34,401 nt of DNA from Octopus bimaculoides (lineage: Eukaryota). Below the pieces are notes generated by a model. It was not told the DNA's origin. It ran no database searches and saw only the letters and a list, made by a program, of their open reading frames with translations. This document shows, in pieces, positions 23,917-34,376 of this stretch. Every line of letters begins with the position of its first letter. The stretch's first letter is position 1. The position numbers were made by a program, and so were the translations under genes. The stretch spans positions 25,805,498 through 25,839,898 of the forward strand of contig NC_068987.1 in NCBI RefSeq assembly GCF_001194135.2. Direction: 5' to 3'.

Positions 23917-24376
23917 CTCTCTTAGGTATGTACCTTGTGCACGGCAGACTTTCTCTGTCACCCATCTCTTTCTCTCCCATTAATCTTGTGTGCGCCTGCA
24001 ATGTGCGTGTAGATGTGCAGTTAAGTGAGTGTGTATGTGCATAAATTCGTTTCTGTTTGTTTTTATGCACACATTAGAAAGTTTGATTCTATATTTACAG
24101 GCAAATGTATTTATTAGACCAAGATTTTTTTTAAGTGAAAGCAGTTTAAGAGTTCACACGCACATAAAGCACGCGCTACTACCCCCCCCCCCAATACACA
24201 CACACGTACAAGCATGCGCACTACAGTGTCCACACACACACACACACACACTACAAAATAGCCGAGTACAATCTCTCACATTCTTGCTACAAAGTGCCTC
24301 TTAACATCTTAGGTTTATTATTTTTTCTCCAGAATCTTCTTATAAAGATATTAATCAATAGCAGAGAAGTAGGTTT

Positions 24377-24418
<42 letters not shown>

Positions 24419-24999
24419 AAGCGTTAAAAATTCGAGGTATCTTCTGATAAAAGCAATCAATAGTAGAATGTAATGTTTGTTTGTGGATAAGTGTTGGAGG
24501 AAGGCCCTATAGTGTTAGGGATGATACTGATGAAGTCCTCTCCATCTTTTGTGTGTGTGTGTGTATATGCACACACGCATGTGTGCATGCGTGTGTATAT
24601 ATGTATGTATACGTTTATGCATGCATGTATGCATATATGTATATGCATGTTTATGTATGTACGTATTTAGGTGTGTGAGACTGTTTTAAGATAGCGAGGG
24701 AGGAAATCTGAGTGAAGCTCGCTTCTAAGTTCGATCATCAAAAATATCGATCATTGTTTGATCTGTTCTGATAAAATATATTCTATGGGTTTTGTGCAAA
24801 CCTCACTAGGAGCGTCTTCATTTTCTTGTGTGTATGTGTGGTTGTTTGATTGTATGTCTGTTCATGTCAGTGTATCTCGTATGTCTATGTATGTGCATAC
24901 AAGCACATACATCTTTTGGCAGCAGTTGTTTTTACAGATGATGCTCTGTAGGTGTGTTTGCGAGTGAGTATATACGTATGTATTATATATGTATGCCTC

Positions 25000-25032
<33 letters not shown>

Positions 25033-25511
25033 TTGTACAGTATATTTTATGTATATAAGTCCGTACGTGGCTTCTGTTGTGTAACCAACCCAACACGAGA
25101 GGAAAAAATTCGTCAACTATATAAGGTGCTCACAGTGTATTCTACTTGTGAAATACATTCATTTATTGGCATGTTTATTTAATTAGATTTAAGAATATTT
25201 CACTGTCTTCAGTTCCTGTTCTGGTTTTTTTTTTTCTTCTTGTTTGTGTTTGCTATCAATGAAATAAAAATTCTTTAGTTGAACTTGTTTGGCAAAAGAA
25301 TTTGATCTTAAATTATTTGTTGTTACAAAAACAACTGATTCTTTGTTAAAGCTTAACAGCCATAAAACATACACTTCTTAAGACACCATTTTATGACCAT
25401 CATATATGTCGTTAAATACCAAAGTCTTTCCTTGTACATCTAATGCTTGGTCATTGATACTTCGCTACCTTTATATTCAATGCCCAACACGCTGAAAATC
25501 TCCGTATCTTA

Positions 25512-25790
25512 ATCTATCTATCTATCCATCTTTTCCACCCTCAAATTCTGGGGAGGATCGTGGGAGTTGAGCCCTCGAGCAACGCTTCCATCGGGTCCTA
25601 TCAGAAGCAACCGTCATTGCACTTTCCTGCTGGATTCTCCAAGCATGATCAACTGAGAATATGGATATTATCTGACCATCTCGTCCTTGATCTACTCCTA
25701 GGTGTTCATTCGGTTAGTTCATCTTACGATTCTTGTCTGCGACATTTTAATCACGTGTTCGTAATTCTCTAAGCTGTGATCTCTCAATGC
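25512..25790 (-). mobile_element. Decayed 3' end of an RTE-like LINE
   Basis: Frameshifted minus-strand translation gives IERSQLR..EHVIKMSQTRIVR..PRSRSRTRWSDNI..MTVASDRTRWKRC, typical of the LINE ORF2 C-terminus. A (TAGA)n tail lies at about 25512-25530. Confidence 0.75.
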
Positions 25791-26628
25791 TTAGCCTGAG
25801 TCTCTCTGATCTCCGAATAACTTAATGACGTATACAATTGTCACAGCATAGATCTGGGGGCAGGTTTGTAACAGGTTGTTTAATCGACTGCTGTACTACG
25901 TAAATGATACATATTTCATTGACCCAGAATAAATATTTTGAAAGCAAACCACGACAAGAGACCTGATCTAGAAGCTTGTAACAAAGAAAATTACGTTAAA
26001 GATACTCAAGGGCTCAGTGGTGATGCTAAAGTGAAAGACAAATTTAAGTTTAACACCCATTTTGAAAAGCGAAACTCGGTTCACAAGACGCAACTAAACG
26101 TCAATCCGTTTCTACAATATACCACAACACTTTTCTTAGGACTGGTGTTCCTGCAAAGTTGCACGCTTCTGTGTGTGTGTGTGTGCGCATATTTTACGAA
26201 CAAGAAATGGTAAAATAAAGATGTACACACAAGGTTTTCAATGTGGAATCGAACTTTTGAGAAACTGAGCGACGGTTACTCACATGAATGTGCACATATT
26301 TTTCCAAGACAAAATTTGCGAATGAGAAATTTCTGCACAAATCTACATTCAAAAACTAAAAGGGTGAGGAGGGCAAGATGGTTTCTGTGTCTATTCACAG
26401 CAACATAGGTACCTAAAACAATAAATAAATACATACATACAAATGCATGCACACACACACGCACGCACACACAAACACACAAACGTACACACAAACACAC
26501 AAACGTACACACAAACACACACACATTGTGATCAATTCACTCGTTTATACTCTTTCCTAACAAACTTGGCCTTTTGCTAATTCCAAGAAACGCAGACATA
26601 TACTCTGTGTGTGTGAGTGTGAGTGTGA

Positions 26629-26669
<41 letters not shown>

Positions 26670-26719
26670 GGTAACAATTGTTTTCCGCTAATTTAATTCC
26701 CCATTTACCATTTTCTTAC

Positions 26720-26795
26720 ATTGCTCAAAAATGTTCAGGTCACGGACATTTGTAAGCCTTTCCAAATTAGTAATAATTGTTTCCCCATCCTGCTT
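26720..26795 (-). CDS. Candidate exon of the minus-strand gene (phase 0: KQDGETIITNLERLTNVRDLNIFEQ)
   Basis: Very strong acceptor CCCCTTTATTTTTGTTCCAG| and donor |GTAAGA; 76 nt. Open in phase 0-1; in phase 1 it reads EAGWGNNYY-stop. It may be spliced but non-coding. Confidence 0.4.
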
Positions 26796-27049
26796 CTGGA
26801 ACAAAAATAAAGGGGAAAAAAATTTTAATAGTAAAAAGAAAAAAAAGAAAAAATGTTCTAAATATGGTCGTTGCTTGTTCATTCCCTCACTGCATCACGC
26901 ACGCACACCACCACCGTACCACCACCACCGCTAAACTTCAAGTATCTCTCAAGTTTAAATACACGAGATGTATGTGAACCAATACACTACCACTACTACT
27001 AAAGTGAATATTTAGAGAACTAGAGAACACGAGAGTCCGTTTTCCTGGT

Positions 27050-27300
27050 GGTCCAATTTCGATTTCCAGTGAAGTAGAAACCACGACCTAAACAAGATAT
27101 CGTGCAGCGGAAAATGACGAACTAAATAAGATATTTTATAGTCGTAATCTCGTAACAGGAAATCCTTTGACGTCTAAATGTCTGTGAGATGTAGCTCAAT
27201 GTTCCATGGTATTAAGATTTTATGTTCGGTCTTGTATGTATATACGAGAACTACATTTTATCGCGCCTTTATCAGGGTTCACTCGGCTGCAAATATTCGG
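27050..27300. promoter_or_regulatory. CpG-retaining promoter-like segment adjoining the CpG-depleted domain
   Basis: TGACGTC (CRE-like, 27168-27174) and TTTATCGCGCC (27257-27267), with several CpGs in unique sequence. Confidence 0.2.
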
Positions 27301-27313
27301 ACTAGATCTTCAC

Positions 27314-27374
27314 CCTCATCCTTCCTGCAGACTGATGTCTGCAGATATTCAGGATGGGCACCAGCTGTATCAAT
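27314..27374 (-). CDS. Possible exon of the minus-strand gene (IDTAGAHPEYLQTSVCRKDE)
   Basis: Acceptor TTCATTAGTTCTTATAAG| (alternative TACAG| with exon starting at 27364) and donor |GTGAAG. Phase-compatible with either donor of the upstream candidate exon. Confidence 0.25.
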
Positions 27375-27377
27375 CTT

Positions 27378-28056
27378 ATAAGAACTAATGAAGTGGGTAC
27401 ATTTAAGAAACAACGAAGAGAAGCGTAATTAAAAAAAAAAAAAAAAAAAAAATGGGGTGTATTTAGGAACGAAAGGTAGGGATACGTTTAAGGTTGAATA
27501 AGGAGAGAAGTACATTTAAGAACGAAGTGAATATTACACGAAGTAAGAAAGGTAATATCTGTAAGAGCTAACGAAGGAGTTGTTTTAACGACTAACAAAG
27601 GGGATATTGTAAGGAATGAAAGGTAGGCAGTGTATTTAAGAATGAACGAAAGGTGAAAGAAACATATAAGAACTAACGAAAGATAGTGGTGTACATTAAA
27701 AACTAAGGAAAGAGCGAGCCCGCTGAAAAGTGAACTAAAATAGAGGTTACACTCAACTAATGAAAGAGTTCCTCTTAAGAACTTAGTAAAATGGATACAG
27801 TTTCGGGACTGATTAGGGGAGGGGTTCCATTTTAGGAATTTGTTAAGATAGATACATTTTAAAAACTGATTAAGCAGTTACATTTTAAGAGTGAATTAAT
27901 TGGGTACGGTTTAAAACCTTATGAAGGAATACATTTTAAAACCCGATTAATGGGATACGTTTTAAGAACTGATGCAAAAAGCTGCCTTTTTAAGAACTGA
28001 ATGAGGTACATTCAGGAACTAGCAAAGATGGGGTAGATGTTACATTTAAGAAACAC
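27378..28056. repeat. Degenerate minisatellite, unit about 25-30 bp, roughly 20 copies
   Basis: Recurring core TACATTTAAGAACT(A/G)A(C/T)GAA followed by a purine-rich spacer. Copy number estimated by eye. Confidence 0.7.
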
Positions 28057-28296
28057 CAAAATATTGAGTTAATAAACAAATGAATAATTGAGCTTGTAGC
28101 ATCATACTCTGCCTCTACATTGCCTGTCAAGTTTGGGGTCTTTATTACTCCAAGATTGATGAAATTGTTATTTATATCCAAGTCAATCTTGATTAAGCAG
28201 ATCTATGATTAAAGGCATTCCATTTGTGTCTTTCTTGTCATTTTAGGGGTATATAGAACTACATTATGGTGAGGGCATGTGTTCTAGTATTTAGAA

Positions 28297-28585
28297 CAAT
28301 GATTCCCAAAAGTGAGCAGTAACGACGACCCCCTGGGGTGTTGAAAGATCCAAGGGCCCATTGAAGAAAAGTTGGGCAATGACAAGGTGGCTAAAAGTGG
28401 GCGAAGGATCTATAAAAAAAAAACCCAAAATAATGGGTTGATTAGGTTAAGTTTTATTTGTGAAAAACTGTTTTGAATTTGCTGCAATAAGTGGTCTACG
28501 TTTGTGATGGTGAGTTGGATGAGGCACTTGGAATGTGGCCAGAGTATCAAGGAGGCAGCATCCTGATAAAGTTTAGGAGCCACTG
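28297..28585. mobile_element. Old hAT-type MITE
   Basis: Ends CAATGATTCCCAAA / TTTAGGAGCCACTG (CAGTGGTTCCCAA type). The 8-bp flanks ATTTAGAA / GTTTAGAT match at 6/8. Confidence 0.6.
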
Positions 28586-28706
28586 GTTTAGATTTATTAG
28601 GTTCATGGTCATAAAGCTTTAAGTTCAATTCCTAGAGCAGGTATCATGTTGTGCCCTTGACTAGGGCATTTCATGATGCTCCAGGCCACTCAGCTGTAAT
28701 GAGTAC

Positions 28707-28810
28707 CTGCCCAGTGCTGCGCAGCTCCCTCTCACTTTCTGGATATTCTGTTAGTCCAAGGGTGAGGAGGGCAAGATGGTTTCTGTGTCTATTCACAGCA
28801 ACACAGGTAC
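28707..28810 (-). CDS. Candidate exon of the unidentified minus-strand gene (GTCVAVNRHRNHLALLTLGLTEYPESERELRSTGQ)
   Basis: Acceptor CACTATTTGTTTTAG|. Two possible donors: GTACTC (exon ends 28707, phase 0) or GTGAGA (exon ends 28736, phase 1). Only one frame is open. The sequence is non-repetitive and GC-richer than its flanks. Confidence 0.4.
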
Positions 28811-29540
28811 CTAAAACAAATAGTGAAAGCGTGGTACATATTACCAAGTCATTTTCACTTCTGGGTAACAATTGTAGTTTATTTTTAGACTACAGTATCC
28901 TGTAGGTCTTATTTCACATGTTATGATATGATTTGAAGGTAATCTAGCTGCTATTTCTAACAGGATGTTGAAACTTCTTCATTAGCTGAAAACAGTTGAG
29001 GCTCACTTTAATTAGCTGCAAGTCAACATGAATAGAGAAGGAATATTATACAGTATTGATGACCTGGATGGGAAGGATTGGGTTTTGTTTTTGTTAGAGT
29101 GGGGCTTAAGATGGAAGGGGGACATGGTACAAGAGACAAGATAGATACATCAAATATTTCCTGAATGGAGCTGGTATGCAACTTACTAATTCAGAGGAAT
29201 CAGGGCCATTTAGATTCAGTCTGTCACCTAGATTATCACCACCACACGGCCCTTTAGTAGTATTTATTTTGTTGCATGCATTCAGACTAGGTGACTTCAC
29301 TAAGGGTAACATTCTCCTTTCCTCCCACCAATTTTAGCAGCCCCTAAAAAGGGTCATGGTACTACATTTCCTCCACAAAATCATGTAAAAAAGATATATA
29401 TTGACACCAAAGTGATGATATATGTTGTAATAGTTGCAGTGTAGAGGTGAATGGGGTATTATCAATTAGCCAGATGGATTTTTCTGGAGTGTTGCCTTAA
29501 AGGGGCAGAATTTGCCTTGCTTAATAAAATATGGTTTTAA

Positions 29541-30134
29541 CCCTTTAGCATTTGAACTGGCCATATCTGGCCCAAATATTCTACCTGTTTCATGTTAAAG
29601 CCATCCAGATCCAGCCCCTCATGCCTACCCAAGAATGTTATGCTAAAAATATACAATCATTATATCTTCAAAATCTCCAAGCTACAAGATATTGCATGGG
29701 CTGTGTGGTAAGTAGCTTGCTTACCAACCACATGGTTCCAGGTTCATTCCCACTGTGTGGCACCTTGGGCAAGTGTCTTCTATAGCGTTGGGCCAACCAA
29801 AGCCTTGTGAGTGGATTTGGTAGACGGAAACTGAAAGAAGCCCGTCGTATATATGTATATGTATTTGTGAGTATATGCTTGTGTGTCTGTGTTTGCCCCC
29901 CCCCCCAACATAGCTTGACAACCGATGGTGGTGTGTTTACGTCCCTGTAACTTAGCAGTTCGGCAAAAGAGACTGATAGAATAAGTACTAGGCTACCAAA
30001 GAATGTCCTGGGGTCAATTTGCTCGACTAAAGGTTGTGCTCCAGCATGGTCGCAGTCAAATGACTGAAACAAGTAAAAGAGTGAAAAGAGTAAATAAGCA
30101 TTACATTTGACTGAGTAATCTGAATGCTAAAAGG
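29541..30134. mobile_element. piggyBac-like MITE (TTAA-flanked), interrupted by a SINE
   Basis: TTAA|CCCTTTAGCATT ... AATGCTAAAAGG|TTAA. Confidence 0.7.
29694..30097 (+). mobile_element. Full-length family B SINE nested in a TTAA-flanked MITE
   Basis: Complete head, body, microsatellite and tail, lying between the two halves of 29541-30134. Confidence 0.85.
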
Positions 30135-30234
30135 TTAATAATTTCAATCTTGTCCTGTATCATAATCAAGAATTATTATAAAAATACAAACACTCATTTT
30201 TTCTAATTAATAAAATGCCATGTGGTTTTTTTCT

Positions 30235-30395
30235 TCCTGCTCTTTGCATCCTGAGTTACAATCCTATGAAGAATCAACTTTGCTTTTCATATTTTTGGCA
30301 TCAATGAAATAAAGTACCATTCAAGTATTCAGGTCCATGGTAGCAACTAGCCCCTCTCCTCAAAATTGCTGAACTTGTACCTAAATCAGAAGTCA
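30235..30395 (+). mobile_element. Heavily CpG-decayed family C SINE
   Basis: TCCTGAGTTACAAT..GAATCAACTTTGCTTTTCAT..CATCAATGAAATAAAGTACC..CCTCAAAATTGCTGAACTTGTACC. No CpG remains. Confidence 0.6.
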
Positions 30396-30853
30396 TTAAG
30401 GAAGTGGTGACAAGGGTAAAATAATTCTATGAAGCCTTGTTGGGGTGTAGGATACTGAAATTGTCAGTTTGAGACACTAAGCATTACTTAGAAAGGGTTT
30501 TGTATTTAAAAAGAAATCCTGTTTTATATCCTTTTCACCCTGTTTCTCTCTTAGTTTATAGATAATTTGCCTGTGATTCCTAGTATATTATACATGACCT
30601 TATATAGATAGATGTATGTGTGTGTGTGTGTGTGTGTACATATATAGTGATGAGGGATGGGGGAAACTGTGAATGACAGCATACATACTTTGTTCAAAGC
30701 TAAGATTAATAGCTGCAACCAGGATGTATAAAAGTTGGGAAAAGTCATGAGAAAAACGGATGTATAGAACATTGTGACCACCAAAATATATTAATGCTAC
30801 CACTAGCTATCAGAAAAAACAATTATTTTTTTTTTCAGTCTACAAGTTATTTT

Positions 30854-30886
<33 letters not shown>

Positions 30887-31019
30887 ATTTGTTTATTCTA
30901 TATTTTGAATGGTTCAGTCTCTAATAGTCATAGGATGTCTTTTTTACAGAATATCTCCATTGTCCTAAGATTCAACTTAGTAAGTTTTATTTATAAACAA
31001 ATTGCAGCAATGTCCTTAC

Positions 31020-31067
31020 CCCTTAAACCAGTGTATCTCATGGGAGGCAGCTCTCCCTTAGGGGAAG
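31020..31067 (-). CDS. Candidate exon of an unidentified minus-strand gene (xSPKGELPPMRYTGLR)
   Basis: Minus-strand acceptor CATTTGCAATCTTTATAG| and donor |GTAAGG. The 48 nt are open only in phase 1-1, which splices in frame to 28707-28810. No family recognised. Confidence 0.4.
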
Positions 31068-31289
31068 CTATAAAGATTGCAAATGGTGAACAAGTTGGTA
31101 TCATGTTTTACATCTTTTTACTTGTTCCAGTCATTGGACAACGTCCATTCCAAGAGAATGCTTTAAAAGGCTTACTTGAATGAATTGAACCTAGTACCTG
31201 TTTTGTTTTTTTAAGTCTGGTACCTATTTTGTTGGTTTCTTTTGCCAAACTGCTATGTTACAGGAATGTAAACAAACCAGCACTGGTTG

Positions 31290-31452
31290 TAAGGCAATGG
31301 TGTGGAAGCACACAAACACAACAGGTTTCCACACTACCAAATTAACTCACAAGGTATTGGTCAGCCATGGCTATAGTAGGAGACATTCACCCAAAGTGCC
31401 ACGAGGTGGGACTGAACCCAAAACCACAAAGCAAGCTTCTTAACCACACAGC
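31290..31452 (-). mobile_element. Family B SINE 5' fragment
   Basis: GGCTATAGTAGGAGACATTCACCCAAAGTGCCAC...GCTTCTTAACCACACAGC is the reverse complement of the head. Confidence 0.7.
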
Positions 31453-31675
31453 ATTCTCTTAGAATGGACGTATGTTTAATAAAATTAAATGGTTTTAAAT
31501 TATTTTTAAACTTGTCAAACATATGGCAAAGACAGAAGAATTGTATGGATGCAAATTTCATTTCCCTTATTCATTAATAAAGAGAACAGAAAAGATCCAA
31601 AATTTTGTTTGATGGATGGGGCTAGTACTTTGTCACCTTGACACATGCTGCCTTAAGCCACTAAACAGGCTAAAC

Positions 31676-31991
31676 TCGTGGTTCTCAACCGTTTTTTATC
31701 TATGGATCTCCTTTGGCTACTATTTTATTCTGGTAGATCCCCATAACCATTCAGTGTTTAAAAAATAGTCTTATGGATACTTCTTTCAAAATTCTTATTT
31801 TGTTTTTCACGTTAACTTCAGTGGGTTGAACTATGTAAAACAGTCGAGAAAGAAATCTTGCTGTTTCATGTAATAAATACATTTGAAGCAGAATGTTTTC
31901 ATGATGCTTTAATATACTACTGTGGGGGCCCCAATTTACTTTTTGCTTGCATGGATCCCCAGATGTCATGGGCTCTGATTGAGAACCACTG
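31676..31991. mobile_element. Old hAT-type MITE
   Basis: Ends TCGTGGTTCTCAAC / ATTGAGAACCACTG. Flanks GGCTAAAC / GTTCAAAC match at 5/8. Confidence 0.65.
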
Positions 31992-32135
31992 GTTCAAACA
32001 ATTATCTTCATAATAACTATTTCTAATATAGACAGAAGGTTTCAATTTGAGGGGATAGAGTTAAGTCAGTTATATTGATTCCACCCTGAACAGTTCAGCC
32101 TTGTATATTGACCAACAGTACATTATGTTACACTT

Positions 32136-32365
32136 ATATGCAGGTGTGCAGTATGCTGCACTTTCATATAAGTATGCATTTTTTGTACTCAGATGCAGGT
32201 TTGCAGTATATTACAGTTAGAAGCAGATGTGTAATATGCTACAGTTAGATGTAAATTGCAATGTACTATATTTAGGTGTAAATTGTAATTAATAAGCTAT
32301 TAGATGTAGATATGCAATGTTGCACTTAAATTTAGGTGTTCAAGATGTTGCGCTTTGATGTGCAC
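32136..32365. repeat. Degenerate tandem repeat, unit about 28 bp, roughly 7 copies
   Basis: Units such as AGATGCAGGTTTGCAGTATATTACAGTT, AGAAGCAGATGTGTAATATGCTACAGTT and AGATGTAAATTGCAATGTACTATATTT. Confidence 0.6.
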
Positions 32366-32894
32366 CTCCTGACATAAATTTTTTTTTTTTTTAAATGTAC
32401 TAGTTACTGCTTCAGCATGGCTTTGGCTGTAATGGCTTAAATAAACTAAAAAAAACTATCATCCTGGTGTACCATAAGTCTACTTCTAGTCTGCAGCACT
32501 TGCTAAATGATCTATCATTGACTCTGACTATGTTTTGGTGTACATAAACCAAATGAAGGATCTCACAAACCAGTGAGGAAGTTACCATATGGTTACTTAA
32601 CCAACCAGAAATAACGTCTAAATTATTTCAAATCGTGTCCTCTTATATAAGGACAAAAATAAAAAGAGCTTACTGGAAAATATAAATTGATGTACTCCTA
32701 AAAAAGATGGAATGGTAACAACTGGAATGAAACACTTTTGAACATTGGTCTGCTTAATCATGTCTGATCTGAGGTTAAAATATGTACAAATTCCATCCTG
32801 GATCTGAAATGTCACGCTAGTGTTTAATTCAGGTTTAGCTACATAACTATTATGGGCATTTTTCTGTATACTAAATGTCACTTTAATAATCCAT

Positions 32895-33025
32895 TCATCT
32901 TCTCTTCCCCCTATTCCTGGGGGGATTGTAGGGGTAGAGTCCTCAGGTACTTCCTCCTTAGGGTCTCATCAGAAACATTCTCATTAGACTTTGCAGTTGA
33001 ATTCCCAAGCATGACCAAATGAGAC
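32895..33025 (-). mobile_element. Decayed RTE-like LINE 3' fragment
   Basis: Aligns by eye to 25545-25660 (CCTGGGGGGATTGTAGGGGTAGAGTCCTC..ATCAGAAAC..CCAAGCATGACCAAATGAGA). Confidence 0.55.
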
Positions 33026-33099
33026 TACATCAGTGTTTCCCAACCTATTTTCCCTCAGGCCTCACTATAACTTTCTAGAAAAATGTATGTCCCACTGGA

Positions 33100-33430
33100 A
33101 GTTGGAAGAAAAACTTTTTTTAATATTTTATCACAATTAATTAATGCAAAAGAATTTAGCTGTAACTCTTTTATTAAGTACTGGGTACAAAAAGTGAGTA
33201 ACTTTAACCTTTTCATTACTGTATTTATTTTGAGATGCTCTGTGTTTCTTTCAATTAATTTTAAATATAAGAAATTAGTAAAGTAACTTAGTTATCATTA
33301 AGCTAGTGTTAGGAACATAAATTGTGACTAAGATTTGGTGGAAGATTTGAATTCAAAACTTATGAAAACAAGACATTTGTACTACAGAGCCAAAAGGCGG
33401 TTTCAGTCGGGTTGGTATCGAAAGGGTTAA
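33100..33430. mobile_element. Right end of another TTAA-flanked non-autonomous element
   Basis: Terminates GGTTGGTATCGAAAGGG|TTAA. AT-rich interior; left end not identified. Confidence 0.45.
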
Positions 33431-33479
33431 TGTGACCCTTGTGCCCGGTGACTACAGCACCATTCCCCCACTACAATTT

Positions 33480-33670
33480 TCCCAGGCCCCAGCAGTGGGA
33501 TATATGCCCTGTGTTGGGAATCATTGAGGTATATTATTCCGACCATCTCATTTTTGGTCTACTCATAGTTCTCTGCCAGTTGACTCTGCTTGAAAAATCC
33601 CTCTTGTGATTCTTTCCTGTGACATTCCTATCACTCGTAATACCAAAGTTGTGATGCCTCAATACAGAGA
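33480..33670 (-). mobile_element. Decayed RTE-like LINE fragment
   Basis: Frameshifted translation IEASQLWYYE..VIGMSQERITRGIFQAESTGR..MSRPKMRWSE, the same region as the 25.6-kb copy. Confidence 0.7.
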
Positions 33671-33960
33671 TGTAATAGCTCATCCTAAAAAGACTCCCTA
33701 ACCTCAGAGCTACACACACACACTGGCAAGTAATACTATTCTAAAGATCCTTTGGAAAAAAGAACCCCATTTTGATTGCTTGTATTTGTGGTCATATTCT
33801 TTCATTCATGACCAAAAGTGAGGATATGAAAACCGAAATTGAAGATAAAACAAGTTGACTTTTTTACCAATCTCTCCTCTTCTGATGATCAAATATTGGA
33901 GCTAGCACATTATCATGCCAGTACTTGCGATTCTAGCATCACTTTAATAAAAATTGTCTA

Positions 33961-34110
33961 TAGGCATGGCTGTGTGGTAAGAAGTTTGCTTCCCAATCTC
34001 ATGGTCAAATGTTTTCTACTATAGCCTCAGACTGAAGCCTTGTGATGGATTTGGAAGATGGAAACTGAAAGAAACCTGTCATGTGTGTGTGTGTGTGTGT
34101 GTAAATATAT
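33961..34110 (+). mobile_element. Family B SINE 5' half
   Basis: GGCATGGCTGTGTGGTAAGAAGTTTGCTTCCCAA...GGAAACTGAAAGAA followed by (TG)n. Confidence 0.75.
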
Positions 34111-34115
34111 ATATA

Positions 34116-34376
34116 TATAAAAGATAATAAGAGTGAAAAAACTACAGAAGGCTTGTGTTACATGGTTAAAGTATATATTTAAATTATGTCAGAAAAATGT
34201 TATAAAATCTTTTTGGTATATAAACATTGTATTTTGAGAAATAACCGGTTTTGTGTTGTCTTTTCAAATTTCTCTACTTCAAAAAGATTTTATAACATTT
34301 TTCTGACATAATTTAAATATATACTTTAACTATTTACCACAAACCTTCTGTAGTTTTTTCACTCTTATCTTTTATA
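34116..34376. repeat. Long foldback (inverted repeat)
   Basis: Arms 34128-34214 and 34281-34367 are reverse complements with 4 mismatches in 87 bp and a 66-bp spacer. Pairing extends a further 9 bp past a 3-nt bulge. Confidence 0.92.

Noticed and set aside
25938-26213. 91-aa ORF (KANHDKRPDLEACNKEN...)
   Set aside because: Non-ATG start, no homology recognised, ends in a microsatellite, no convincing donor.
27314-28810. Remembered resemblance of RHRNHLA...CRKDE to vertebrate TEPP, and of the + strand PLGEAIK to PDZ or Rossmann motifs
   Set aside because: Short matches recalled from memory that cannot be verified here. A profile search is required, so no name is assigned.
29100-29312. Exon-like island with a strong + acceptor (TTTTGTTAG|) and a strong - donor (GTAAGT)
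   Set aside because: The + exon has stops in all three frames. The - reading does not fit the phase of the next candidate exon. It could still be a UTR exon.
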